Source: Camelus dromedarius
Lineage: Eukaryota
DNA length: 64,000 bases
Assembly: GCF_036321535.1 (NCBI RefSeq)
Contig: NC_087436.1
Span: 108,564,001-108,628,000 of the forward strand
Reading direction: 5' to 3'
The notes beneath the pieces were generated by a model. It made no database searches and was not told where the DNA came from. It was given only the letters and a program-made list of their open reading frames with translations. Shown here piece by piece: positions 1 through 13,500 of this stretch. The stretch's first letter is position 1. Every line of letters begins with the position of its first letter. Made by a program: the position numbers and the translations under genes.

Positions 1-500
1 AATAATATTGTTTTATTTCAATTTCTTATTGTTTAACATCAGTATAAAGAAATGCAAGTGATTTTTATATTGATATGTTTTTGCATTACACTAAGTTGTT
101 ATTATTTCTGTTTGCTTTTTATGCAGTTTTTTTGAGATTATTCATAGATAGTTATATTATCATTAAGTAAAGACAGGCTTACTTCTTTATTTTTAATCAT
201 AATACCTTCCCTCCTTGTTTCCTACCTTCCTTCCTTTCTTTCTTTTCTTCTTTTTTTTTTTTTTTCTGACTGCACTGACTAGAAGCTGCACTATAATGTT
301 GAATAGAAGAAATGAGAGCAGATATCCTTTTATTGCTGATGTTAGAAGGAAAGCATTCAGTTTTTCATCATTAAGTTGCAGTAGGTTTTTCAAAGATTCT
401 TTTGATCAGGCTGAGGAAGTTTCCTTTTGTTCTTGTTTTCTGAGAGTCTTCATTAGGAATGGATGTTGGAGTTTTAGCAAGTGCTCTGCTCTCTCAGTAT
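1..500 (-). mobile_element. Old L1 (L1M-type) ORF2 fragment
   Basis: Typical antisense L1 text, e.g. ctataatgttgaatagaag...gatatcctt...aggaaagcattcagtttttcatcattaagt. Confidence 0.85.
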
Positions 501-1084
501 CTATTAAAAAATTTATATATATATATACTTATTGAAATATAGTCAGTTTACTGTGTCAATTTCTGGTGTTATTCCATCTTTGTCAGAATTGAATTGCTAA
601 ATGGTAATTTATTTTATTATGGACTGCTAGAAAAATATAATGAAATGCAATATATTTAGTGCAAATAGGCAGATATTTTGGTCTGTTTTGTTAGTTGTTG
701 TATTCTTAGTGTCTTAAATGGTGTCTTGCATATAATCAGCATTCAAAAATAGTTCTTGCTCAAATTAAGTAATCATCTACTCTATCCAGAGTAACTCATT
801 AGGATTTTCATCATTATTTCTAATATTCAGAATAATCCTAAGAAGCTGATGATTTGACCTGTTGTTTGCAGAGAAAAAACTAAGGCTCACAGAGGTTCTG
901 TGTCTTGCTGAAAGTTGTATAGATCATGTTCTGGTCCAGGTAGTTCTGAGAACTCAGTTCTTATGCTTTCCCCCCAAGTCATATTACACCATCAATGAGA
1001 AAAACTGAGATGGCAATTATGAGTTAAACTTGGAGCAAAATATCAAATCCCAGATCATTTGATCCCTTAAAGCAAATGTTACTT

Positions 1085-1210
1085 TTTTTTAAATTTCAGG
1101 TTTTTTATTTTTTATTTTTGGTTGACGCATAGTCAGTTTACTATGTTGTGTCAGTTTCTGGCGTACAGCATAATGCTCAGTCATACACATACATACATAC
1201 ATTACTTTTT
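1085..1210 (-). mobile_element. Young L1 3'-end fragment (related piece at ~525-570)
   Basis: Poly-T followed by gcatagtcagtttactatgttgtgtcagtttctggcgtacagcat; the same family recurs at 45720-45935. Confidence 0.7.
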
Positions 1211-2754
1211 AAGTGAAATGCACGTTACCCACTAGGAATGCATATGACCATATTATCTGGCTGTGGGGCTTTGTGAACATGGACTACACACCTTAAAATG
1301 CAGCATTTTAGAATTTACTTCTAGCTTATAGAAACAATAGCACCAAATGGTCATAAAATGGGGGTGAATTTGAGCAATGGTTAGGAGTATGGACTCTGAA
1401 ATGATATAATCCATGATCTAATCCCAGTTTGGCCACTTAATATTTTAGGAAAGTTACTTAATCTTCCAAATTCTTATTTCCATGTGTATAAAAGGTAATA
1501 TTAGTAACACCCTGTATGCCAGTTGGAGCAGGTCACATTTGATTCAGAAGTATCAATGGCTTAAGAAAGTTGATGTGTAGTTCTCATTCATATCACAGTT
1601 TGGACGTGTCAGGCGGCTCTCCTAGTAGCGCTCAGTGTTTCTCCAACTCATGGCTTCATCTTCCCCTACGGTCTCTTTGGAGTCTACCTCTAGAGCTGCT
1701 ATATTCAGCTGGTGATCAAAAAAAAATTATTTTTGAAGAATATCTTTCCTGATTTTTTGACCCAGAAGTGATAAACAACACTCTTGCTCACATTCACTGG
1801 TAAAATCCAGTGACAAGGCTTCATTTAAGTGCCGTAGACACAGAGAAATGCAGTTCCTAGCTAGCTTTTCCCCAGTAATGATTCTACACCATCGAAGGTG
1901 ACCTTTTGCAGGCAGCTGACCTTCTCTGCCACACATTTTTCATGGGATTGTCATGAGGACTAAAAGGAGTATATGTAGAGCCCTTAGCATTTGGCACATA
2001 CTGTCTTCTTTAAAATGTGGGAGAGGTTGTTGAGTCAGCCTATTGATCTGGATACAATAAAGAATTTGTAGCTAGGAATTGAATTTTCTTATCTATTCAT
2101 TGAAAGAGATTAGGAAATTCAACTAAATGATATAAAATTATGTCAGATCACAGATGACTTTTTGGTTTTGGAACATTAATTATTCTGCTGAAATAACTAC
2201 AATATAGAAAAAACACACGTAGGTGAGTAAGGCAGCTACAAATTGTTGTGGGAGTTGTGAGATCGGAGGTTTTAATACCTGTAGCTACACTGGGCTTCGC
2301 CCTCCTCTCCTAATGCTCATATACGTTTATTTAACAAATGCCTGTCTGCATATCCTGCCCCTACCTGTGTTACGTCTCTCAAAATTAGCTTTGTCTTCCC
2401 ATTGTCATGTCAAACTTTCAAGTGTTAAACCTCCAGGATTATCAGCACGGGGCTTCCGTGTTCCAGTCCAGCATACATCACTAACCAGTGACTGCTTCTG
2501 AACCATGGCTTTCTTCTGTCCTACAAGTATTCTTTATTACCTGTTGAATCAAGTTTAAACTGTTCAACCTGACTTCCAGGCCTACAAACAACGTATCTCT
2601 GCCTGATATTATCAATGAAATAATATGTATCAAAATGTCTTTCTGTGACCGCCACCACAAGTTCTTCATGTCAGCCTTCTCTCCTAAATGTGTCCTTGAA
2701 ATTTGCCCCCAACTACATACTTTTGCGTAAAGAATTCCTCCTCAGAAGAATGTC

Positions 2755-3550
2755 TTATAAGGTTCTCAGGCAGAGGCAATAAGAACATTTTCTTTGAGGA
2801 AGATTTATCAGTTAGGATTTGTTTAGCTGAATGTAACTGAAAACTCAAAGAAATAGTAAACACAAACCATTGGATGTTAGTTTATCTCTCATGTAAAGGA
2901 AATTTTGAGGCAGGCTGATAAAGGGGTGGCATGGCAGCTCTACCATCGAGAGGAGCCCTTCGCTCTTTCTCCGCCACCAGCCTAGAGCAGGGCTCAGCAA
3001 ATCACAGCCCGCAAGTAGATCTAGCCCACAGACTATTTTAGCATGGCCTTCAAACTAAAAATGGTCATTACATTTTTAAAGGATTATAAAACAGAAGCCA
3101 CACAGATAATAAAGAATATGCAATGAAGGCACGATGTACCCCATAAAGCCTAAAAAATAATTCCTCTTGCCAATTTACAAAGAGTATAGTAGCTCCTGCC
3201 CTACAGCATGGTTTTCATTCATAAGCTCCTTCATGGTCAAACATAGCTGTTGGAGTTCCAGCCATCATTCTCTCATCCCAAGCAGCAGAAAAGATAAGAG
3301 AGGAGATGGCAAGCAGGGCATGCCTTCCAGCTGATGTAGTTCTTCTTAGGGAATGGAGCATTCCTGAAGTCTTACATATCACTTCTTTTTTCTACACATG
3401 GGATTGAACTTTACCACGTGGTTAGATCAAGCTGCATCGAATCTGGAAACATGGAGTCATTTAGCTGGGAACATTATCACTCCTAATAAAATTGGCATTC
3501 TGTTATTGACAAAGACATCTGTTGGATTGGCAAGCATCCATCTCTGTTGC
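2755..3550 (-). mobile_element. MLT1 (J/K-like) LTR interrupted by a MER58-type hAT MITE at ~2988-3197
   Basis: MLT1-type start tatcagttagg...gctgaatgtaac; insert cagggctcagcaaa...cctg with imperfect 8-bp TSD gcctagag/ccctacag. Confidence 0.7.
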
Positions 3551-3964
3551 AGGTCTGATAATGACTCATTTAAGCTCTCTAGGTTGCTGTTCCAACATTA
3601 ATGAGTCATAGTAGTAATGAATCACACAAGGCTTGTGCCATTAATGTGAATTGTAACATATGGGTTGATCACAATTCTGAAATGAATTGAAAGCACAGCC
3701 ATTAATGACTGTTTAGCATATACATTGAGGTCCATCTTACTTTGAATTTCTGTGGTGTATAAGTATGCATTCACTCTTGCTGAACACACCCACTGTACTC
3801 TGAGCTCCTTTAAGTACAAGGCCTTGTCTTATCCATCTTTGTATCTCCATTGCCCTACAACTGTTGTGGAAACAAAACTGAGATTTAGATTTGTGTTTTA
3901 AAGTAAATCCACTGAGTCACCTTATTTTACTTTAACATCTATAGCAAAAGGAAGAGAGTACCTT

Positions 3965-5120
3965 TTCAATAACAAATAATTACTGAGCGCATACTGCTAG
4001 ACTTGCAATGTACCAGGGGATACAACAGGAAATAAAACAGACAAAAACCCCCACTCTCATGGAACTTACATCCTAGTAGGACAAGAGAAACAATAAATAT
4101 ATAAATAATAACAATATATATTGTGTGAGATGAGAAATGTTATCCCAAAACTAAACCAGAATAAACTAATACAGGATAGGGAGTATTGGCTGGGGTTGGG
4201 TGGGGGGGTAGGGGATTAACAATTTTAAAGAGGTATTCAGGGAAGGCCTCGAGGACGAGGTGTGAGATGAGCAAAGGGGCAGAGGAGGAAGGGAGGAAGC
4301 CAGGTGGATAGCTGGAGGAGGAGTCCTCAAGACAGCGAAGACTTCCAGTGTGAGGCTCTGAACAGACTCGTGATGGACATGTTTGAGGAATATCAAGGAA
4401 ACTTCTAGCATGTTTAGAGCAGAAGTGGGGAAGAAGAAAGTGAAAAATTATTAGCAGCTGATGTGAAACTCTGTAAGCTATTATTAGGACTTTGAATTAT
4501 AGTCTGAGTGTCAAGGGAAGACACTGGAAGATTTTGCACAGAAGGATGTGACAAGGCTGATGTTCCAGAAGAATCACTGGTTGTTATGTTGAGAATATAG
4601 AGCAAGTGTGCTGAGCCGAACCAGGGAGATCAGTTAGGAGCTGAGGAGAGTCCCTAGTGTCTGGGGCAAGGCGGTGGCGATGCAGGTGGTAAGGAAGGTC
4701 AGATTGTAGATTCAGAACTTCCTATATTGTTTGAATTTTGAATCACAGAGTTATTTTTTAAAGGAGAGAAGAGAAGGAGAGGAGCTAGAGACAGTCAGTG
4801 TCAACATACTACTTAGGATGATTTGCTGTAATGGGGACTAAAGAAATAAAGCAGTGATCTTGAAGAAGATGTATGGTCAAAAAGTCTTGAAATTTTATTT
4901 TATTTTCATGTTTACTTTAAAGAAAGGAGCACTCACAGTATTATGTAGACTGATCCAGCCGAGAGGGGAAAATTAAGGATGGAGAAGAGAAAGGAGTGAA
5001 TCCTTGGAGTGATGTCCCTGTGCAGGAAGAACTCCTGAGAGTCACAGTGGGTGGCCTTAGATAGGAGCCCAGACCTTTCATAGGCAGGAGGGGAAGGGAA
5101 GGCTGTCACTGGAACACAGA
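3965..5120 (-). mobile_element. L2 LINE 3' remnant
   Basis: Begins ttcaataacaaataattactgagc (reverse L2 tail), followed by a purine-rich L2 body. Confidence 0.8.
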
Positions 5121-5126
5121 GGGACT

Positions 5127-5493
5127 GCTGTGGGCTGAACTGTGTTCCTCCCAAATTTCTATAGTTGAAGCTCTAACCCCCAATGTGAAGGTATTTGTAG
5201 GTGGGGCCTTTTGGAGGTAATTAGGTTGAGTTGAGGTCATGAGGATGGTGCCTTCATGATAGAATTTGAGCCCTTATAAAAAGAGACAGGAGAGAACTTG
5301 CTATCTCTCCATGACGTGAGGACACTAGAAGGCAGCCATCTGCAAGCCGGAAAGAGAGCCCTCACCAGAACCCAACCATGCTGGCACCCCGATCTCAGAC
5401 TTCCCAGCCTCCGGAACCGTGAAAAGTAAGTCTCTGTTGTTCAACCTGCCCAGTCTGTGTTATTTTCTTGTGGCAGCCTGAGTAGACTAAGAG
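5127..5493 (+). mobile_element. MLT1A-type MaLR solo LTR
   Basis: tgctgtgggctgaactgtgttcctccc...ccctcaccagaacccaaccatgctggcacc...gactaag. Confidence 0.9.
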
Positions 5494-6246
5494 AGAGCTA
5501 AAGGCCAGATGTGAAGTCAATAATTATAGCTATAATTTTAATAAAATCCTCCTAGTTCTTTTATACAAATTGAGTTACTTAGAATTTGATCAATGATGTC
5601 AGTGTCACTAGGATTCATAGTTAAAATCAATCTCCTATGACAACCTGTAGGTAAGTCTTTACAGAGCAAAGGTTTCTATTGCAGTTTTTCTAACAAAGGA
5701 CCTTTAACACACATTACTGGTCTCAAGTTTATAGCCTACAGTCCTTGCAACTATTAAAAAAGAGACTTTTCCATATTGCAGAAAGGCTCTCTGTCCTTTT
5801 TAGCAAGTACATTGTTGGATAAAAACGTGACTCTATGATGACAAGATACAGAATGAGAGTAGAGATGTGACTTAAATGTTACAGTAATACGGATATAAAT
5901 TTTAAACTCATTAGCTTCTGTGTCAATTAACAAGACGTAATGGCTAGCTCAGGGCTTGTCTTTTCAAAGCCCCAATTCAACAGATTTCCTTTATTTCAAG
6001 CTCCTTCATTAACTGCTTATTAAGACTGATAGTCTCTGGATTCAGGTCTAATTTTCTACCAGGGCAGAATTACATAATATGGGGCTTATAAATTTCTGAT
6101 ATGATTCAACTGAACTCTCAACAATTTTATGATTGAATGAGTAAACACACACTATTTTATACTCACAAATTATCTTAGCAGAATAACCAGTTAAATCATG
6201 TTGTTATTTCTTGCTCTATAATTATTCCCTCTCCAATGCACAAATG

Positions 6247-6274
<28 letters not shown>
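6247..6274. repeat. (CA)n microsatellite
   Basis: Directly visible. Confidence 0.95.
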
Positions 6275-6277
<3 letters not shown>

Positions 6278-8054
6278 ATACAACTGTATTGCACAGTCCT
6301 CCAAGACAAGGGGTGGTTCTTCTACCAAGGTCTAAATATCTGATCTGAGTCCCCATGTTGGAACCAGACTAGTTGAGATCACAGTCAGGGAGCCCTCCCA
6401 GAGTATCAAAAGTCAGGAGTGGCTTTGTGAGTGACCCAGTATAGATGCTTCCCTAACTGGCCTCCCTTCTTTCAGTCATTCCTCCCCACAAGCCCAATTT
6501 CTCATTGTGTGCAGAGCACAAATGAACTCAAGCACCATGCCACTTAAATAAATCCCAAACTTCCGTGAGTTCTGAGCATCGGCTGGAACTCGATCCTACT
6601 TGAAATGTACAAGGTTCGCTCCACCTCTGCTGCATGGAAAGTCTCATGCCTCCTGCAAGGTTTCTGTGGGTCCCAGAGTCAGCTCATGCTCCAGCATTCT
6701 CCCTCCACTGAAATACTGCTTACTCTACATATTGATTCTAGCAGGCAGTTCTGTCAGTCTGTCTCTTCTCTGATAGCACAACAGATGTGGAACTTGGATT
6801 CCTTCTTTATTAAACAGTGTCTTCTTTCAAAACTTCTTTTACATTTCTATTCCTGCCAAACTCAACTTCTTGAGGTTTCTGGAATGGTCCAGGGCCCTCC
6901 TATCTCTAGTCTTTTGAAGATGTTGCTACCTCTCCTTGGAGACTCCTTCATTTGTGACTTTGTTCACCTAGAGCATTCCTTCTCATTTTTCAGGTCTCAA
7001 CTTAGAATTCACTTCCAAGGCTCCTCAAGAATAAGGTAGAGCTGTATTTCTGAAACAGCCGCTTAGAGAATGGTCAAATACATGGTAATTCCAGTTACCA
7101 GATGGAATACTCTGAACATTTTTCTCTTCTTTAAAGACAGGGAGGTTTCAATATCTAATACTCGCTTCTTTGAAAAAACTTTGCACGAAAGTGTATTTCA
7201 ATAAATAGTAAAATGCATAAATGCATGAAGAAGGAGACAAATTCAGAATTTTGGTAAATTGTTTAGTCTGAAACTATAAAACCCTTTGTAATTCACTGGC
7301 AATGTCTTTGATCAAACTGGATCTTTCTCTTTTTAAAAATAACAACTGGATCTTTCTCTTTGTATAATCTCCTTAGCCTTTTACTGCGTTTAGAATTTCA
7401 AGAACATTTCAGATGTAGGGACTGAGACGTAATCAATTACCATTTTAGTTTGCACACTTATGTAATTCCTCTTAAGTAAAGTATTTTGGTTCAAATAAAA
7501 CTACTGGAAAGATTTCTAAACTAACAATTCATCTTTTAATGCAGCATACTCAAAGCCAATTTAATTCACATCTTCTTTTATTATATCCAAATTTGACATA
7601 CTAGAAGCAGTGCAATTTTCCATTCAGCAAAGTTTGAGTGTTCATCAAAACAGATAGATCATTCATATTACTGCTCAGAGATAAATAAAATAATTGAGCA
7701 AATTGAATTGTGCTGTCTTTCTCAGTAGGGAGAAATTGTCTGTTACTTGCTGTGATTTGTCATTTTACTTGGCCTTTCTTAATGTTGTTTATTTCAGCTA
7801 CTTTTTTTTTTTTTTGAGTATTACATTTTGAATTTTGTCCAGTTCTCTTTTAGGAACAAGACTTTTCACTGAAAAAAGAAAAACCAATGAACAGTGCATC
7901 TTGACAGCAGAAGTTTACTGTCTATATTTAAATATGTTAAAAATTAGTAAATAAGTAACATTTGGTAAAAGTACTATATAGAGGAATGGTATAAGCATGC
8001 CTTGATATTAAATAAAATACAGTTAGCATCACTGAATGCATGCATGTTATACAG

Positions 8055-9774
8055 GTGGGTGAAAAGTATGACATTAATCGTCCAAATGTGGTTTTGGTGA
8101 CCTCAAAAGTCCATGTTTCTAGATTATTAGCTCCACTGCTCACCTTCTTGTCCAGTATCTTGGCAATTGTTGATGGACGCATGCTCTATTTTCACTCTTT
8201 GAAAGCTGTTTTAGGATAGATTTTCCTTTTATAATAACAGTGTTTAAGGGCACATGGTTTCTTAGCCTAAGGGCAAAACAATACAATACAACAAATATGA
8301 AGACTTTCTTAGATTTAAGATACTGAGCAAAAGGTATTACATCAAAAGTTAAGGCATTAGGCAGCAGGTTCCCAACTTTTATCCTATGAAGAAATTAATG
8401 ATTTAGTCTATGATTTGGAAGAAAAAGTTGCCAATAATTGGTATAGGCATAAAACTTACTTAAAGTGCCAAAATTCATAGAAATATTACTTGATTTTCCC
8501 TTTTTTTTGATCGTCTAATCTATGACCTCAAAAAAATTCCTTCCATATATCTATTTTTGAAGCAAATTAGGAATAAGTACATCTTTAACAAACTTAGAAG
8601 ATAAATGTTACGTTAGTAGCTAAACAACTTTCAGGCAGTTCATGAGCAAAAGGCTTCCCAGTGGTAGTAACATTCAGTAAGTGTATCTGTCAGGGAGTAA
8701 ATACATCAATCAACCAAGTCAGGAAGGGATGGGACACAGGCACTGGGTAATTTGAGAGGAGCTGAACCACTTACAAAGGGTGCAGGGAAGTAATAGTTTA
8801 GTAAGAAATAGTTTAGTCTCTCAGGCTTGTGACAGCAGAACCAAGTGGGGAAACTTGAGACGTGGGGCAATGAAGGAGCAGCGGCTGCCGGAAGCTGGCG
8901 GGTGTTGAGGTGGGGGTGTGCACGGAGGGCCAGCAGATGGCACAGTGACCTCTAGTCACGAAGTACACCCAACTGCAGCCGGGCTTCAGGGAAGGAGCCT
9001 AAGCACCCCGTCTCCCTCTCCTCCTCCCTGTCACCTCAGGCCAGGGCACCCCGCGGGCTGACCAGAAGCTAGAGGATGTGAGAGCCTTCAGCACGTCTGT
9101 CCACCTCCGGAGACAGAGAGCAGGGCGGGCAGACAGAGACGCACCGCCCAGGAACCGCGAGAAACAGCGGAACGTGTTCTGATAGAGCAAATGAGCAAAA
9201 AGTGTTTCTTTATGACAATATCCATCTTGCTTCATATTAAACCACTGCCTGGTTTGTTTTGCATATATTCAATACCTTTGTCTTTATTCTGCTCTATTTT
9301 AAAATCCTGTATTAGTTTTTGGAAGGGAAAACATTCTTTTCACTGACAATATTTTCTTCTCAGAGACTTGCCATGTGTAAACATATACCTCTGGTAATAA
9401 ATTTGCTTGGGATTCTACCTGTGGGTAGTCATTTGGGGACTGTGTGACTGTGACATAAAGTGGCAGGGAGATTTATTCTTGTCGTTGTAGAAATACAGAG
9501 GACTCTAACCTGCATTTCATTTGGGGTGGGCATGTGTGGTGGGAACATAAGTACAATGCTGGTAACGGACAGCCCCTCTCTCGACGACAGATTCCTGATC
9601 TTCATTTCAGTGTCCCACCTTTAAGGAATTTTCTCTCTCCATGTACCTGAAACAATCCCTTTGATAATGGATTTTAGAAAGCCAGTGTATAACTGAGAAT
9701 GACAGAATTCACACTTCCAGATGGATCGCATTTACTGAATTAAACAGTATAATTTAAGTGTAATGATACTAGCA
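8055..9774 (+). pseudogene. DHC_N1 tail exon remnants (approx. 8055-8215, 8361-8440, 8571-8676, 9200-9330, 9640-9774)
   Basis: WVKSMTLIVQM..PQKSMFLDY*..FLSSI-WQL ~ W..QI..VL...P..ELEYW..R..L.SI..QL; NKY-LTNLEDKCYV..TTF..LP ~ DNVKYL.TLEK.C.PL...IP; WILESQCITENDRIHTSRW..TEL ~ WDF....IF...D.F..RL. Donor gtaagt at 8677. Confidence 0.6.
8682..9170 (-). mobile_element. Probable ERVL/MaLR-type LTR remnant, GC/CpG-rich
   Basis: Starts tgtatctgtcaggg and ends near ...gagaaaca; subfamily not determined. Confidence 0.45.
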
Positions 9775-10599
9775 GTAAACTGCAAATAATATTTGGTCGT
9801 ATTCTCAGTGTGGTCCTGATGTTTATGCCCAATCCCATCTAGCTAAGGGCCCGAGAAAACCTTCAGTTGGGTGTGGCTGTTGGAAACACCTTTTCCAGTT
9901 CCTGCCTGACTCCTCCTATACTTGAGACTTGTTGCTCGTCTCCTCTGAGAGCACCAGGCCGATTTCTGTGCTGGGCCTCATCAGGCTCGCTGCTTTACTT
10001 GAATTGGGGTCAATGAAGTCGCTTCAGAGAGAGAAAAGCAGTTGCTTCAGTTTCGGATTTTAATCAGAGCCCTTTTCACCTGCGTTTTTTATGGCTTCTG
10101 CACTCCCTGCCATGCAGACCCCAGTGCCCAGGAAGCACTGGAGGACTCCACTGCCCTTTGGGAGTTTAACCCTGGGGGGCGTCGGATCAGGTCCCTTTTG
10201 GGGTACTGGAGCTAAGGCAGTAGTTTTCAAGCTCTTAATTCACAGGCCCGCTGCATCCTTTTCACCTGCAGAGCTTTTTAAAACCACAAATGCCCTGAAG
10301 TTTTATTTAGAATATTGGGCTACAGTTCACAAATCTGAGTATTTAAAAATCTCCTGGGTTTGTAACCTCTCCCCACCTCCATGAAGAACCAAGTAATTCT
10401 CTGGGCCTCTCAATGCATAGCTTATTTCCTTTACTAAAGATGGGGAAGGATTGACGGTGGGCTGGATGGTAGTATACATTTTAGGGACCCTCATTTGCAC
10501 AGCTCCGTGTGAGTTCTCCGGTTACGGGAAGTTTAGTGGGGAGGGGGCCAGGTTATAATCAGGAATCATTCCTGTGTGTGTAAACGTCACTGGTAAATT

Positions 10600-13500
10600 G
10601 CTGTCAGTGATCTCAAAGTAAAAGGACACGAAGCTCTGAGACTCTGTTAGTCTGTTACAATTCCTTTTCTCATTCTAAAGAAATATCCAGCTTTGCATTT
10701 ATAACACAGTACTGATTTTTCCCTAAAGATGGCCATCCAAATAGTGGAAGTGTCAGGCACGCATTGTGTGGGTCTGGCCCTGTTTGGGCTGCTGTTAGTG
10801 TGAGAGAGAAGGCAGATGATTGGGAGCAGCCACAGAAAGAGGAGATGGCTACAGAAGAGACGGTAGTTGTTGAATTCACAGCATTTGATAACCACTGGAT
10901 ATGGGAGAAAGGGAAATGAAAGGACAAGACTGTTCTATGTTGTGAAGCTCGAGTGATTAAGAAAATGCTGTCATTAAGAATGGACTAGAGAAATAGGGAG
11001 GAGGTATTGGATCAGGTGAAAGGAGATGAACACTGGTTGACACTGGAAAACTGAGAATGGGAAAAGAGGAGCCTGAAGTTACATTAGGTTAAAATCTCAG
11101 CTTCAAGATCGCCAAACTTTGTGCCCTTCAGTGAGTTTTGTGATATGTCTGAGTCTCCGTTTCCTTATTTTAATTGAGAATGCCTTTTACCAGGATCAGG
11201 GGTTGGGTGTGAGGAATAGATGTGAATTTAAGCATGATATTTAGCTCTCTTCTTGATCTACATTATGAGATGAATAGATGTTTGTCCCTGCCCTGTAAAT
11301 ATGGGGTATCTCTGAATGGATCTCTGTTAAATGATACTGTTTGAAAGAGGGTAAAAACATGACTTTTATACAGATATAAAATGAACACATGTCAAGTATG
11401 TTATGTAACTAATTAATGAATAAGAAAACCAGCAGGATGTTACAACTGGATCAAAAGAGAATGTTAAGTAGCACACATATATGGACAGATATAGAATGCT
11501 GTAGTAAATTTACAAACAGATGCAACACTGGCTTATTCTATGACGGTAGAGGGAGATTACGTTTCTGATGAATACAATTCATTCAGATGCCTATAGACAG
11601 AAAATCATCTGAATTAGAATCACGTAATCTATGATTTACAGAGCTGTGTGATAGTTCAAGGAAAATGAAAGGCACAGGCACTCTATGGAATTAAAAAAAA
11701 AACCCAGAAGATAAACATGTAGTATATTAGTTTTCTATTACCATGTAACAAATTACCATGAACTTTGTGGCTTAAAACATAGCCATTTATAGCTCATAGT
11801 TCTAACAGTCCGAAGTCCAGCATGGCTCAACCAGTTTCCCTGCTTAGGGTTTTACAAAGAAAATTCAACCTAGGCTAGGCTCTTATCTGGAAGCTCTAAA
11901 GAACAATGTCCTTCCAAGCTCATTCAAATCACTGGCAGAATTCAGTTCCATTGATTGTAGGACTGAGGTCCTGTATTCTTGCTGGCTGTTGGCCAAGGGC
12001 CAATCTCTGCTCCTACATCCCACCAGTCCTCACGTGGTCCTCTCCATCTTCAAACCAGCAATGGGCCTTTGAGTTCTTCTCTGCGTAGAATCTTTCTGCC
12101 TCCTTCTTGTGCCACCAACTGGAGAAAGTTTTATGCTTCTAAGGAATTGTGTGATTAGATTAGGCCCATATGGATAATCTCCATGTTTTAAGGTCAGTGG
12201 ATTTTGGACTTTAATTACACCTGCAAAATCTCTACATAGCAATCCCTAAGTTAGTGTTTGATTGAATAACCAGGAAACCAGAATCTGGGGAGAATAATCT
12301 TTAGGATTCTGCCCACTACCCAGTAATACTTTTGGTTCATTTCAATGTAGTTCATAATTTTTTTCTTACATACAAGTATAAAGAAATTGCTCTCTATGGT
12401 TTAATTTTCAGAATCCACTCTTGCGTGTTTTAGGTAGATATGAACAAAACATAGTAAGAATATAGTAAAACAGATGTTACCTTCTCACTCATAGTTTTCA
12501 TCTCCATGTATAGCACCAATTTTCAATATACTTTTAGATGTCATCCATAATTTTCACAGTTTAATCCCTTAATCCTCAAATTATCACATGGTGTTAGAGT
12601 TATTGTCACTTTCGAAATAGCTGTGACACATTTCCCAGGTGTCTGCACATCGCATTTATGTCGGCAGCTGCTCAGAAAGCTTGACAGAGGAGTAGGATGC
12701 TGGCAACACAGCAAGGCTAGGAGGTGGACAAGAGACCCAGCACCTCTGACCTCAGATCTTTCCTCCTTTCCTACAGCAGAACTTCCAGGAGCCAGCAGGG
12801 CCCTAGGAACACTGGTGCGAAGTTGCATTTTTGAGGCAGCAAGTCAGAGATGCTTAGAGGTAATCTTCCTAATCTAATCTTCCTACCTAATCTCCAAAAT
12901 GAGGTGGCTAAAGCCGAACACCTACCATAAGCCAGGAATATAAAAGTCCTAGAACTTCTATAGGTAACTAACCTCTCCCATTTTTACAATGCTCATTGCT
13001 AATTATTCCCAAAGCCAGTCAATTCATCATCCCTCTCTTAACTCTCATGTGCCCAAACTTCTTTTCACTTAAGACCGAACTATTCCCTGAGCAAATACAG
13101 AAGTACAGAAGCCCGTTGTCTCCAGCAGACCCTTTTCTCCTATCAAAGTGTATTCTAGTATCCCTCAGCCCTTGGCAGCCCTTTATTTTCCTTCTGTTGT
13201 TCTCTTGTCCTGAAACACCCTATATAGACTTACATACCAGCTCGTTTTATACCATTTATATTTTTTAATGCCCTAAAATAAAATGTTCTTGTCAAATCAA
13301 TCCAGATTTATTAAAATCACTTACTTTCCATTGAAATGCCTTCACAGAATAAAGTGTGCATGCCATTAAAAGATGGGGCATGCTTTTCCTACATTTTCAC
13401 TACCTGATTCTTCTATGATACGTATATATTCAAACACTGAGCCAACACAGTAGACAACACAAATACTATATAAAAACAGGGAGTTTGTATCCTACAACGA

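Noticed and set aside
8880..9180. CpG-rich patch as a promoter CpG island
   Set aside because: Short and inside a probable LTR remnant between pseudogene exons.
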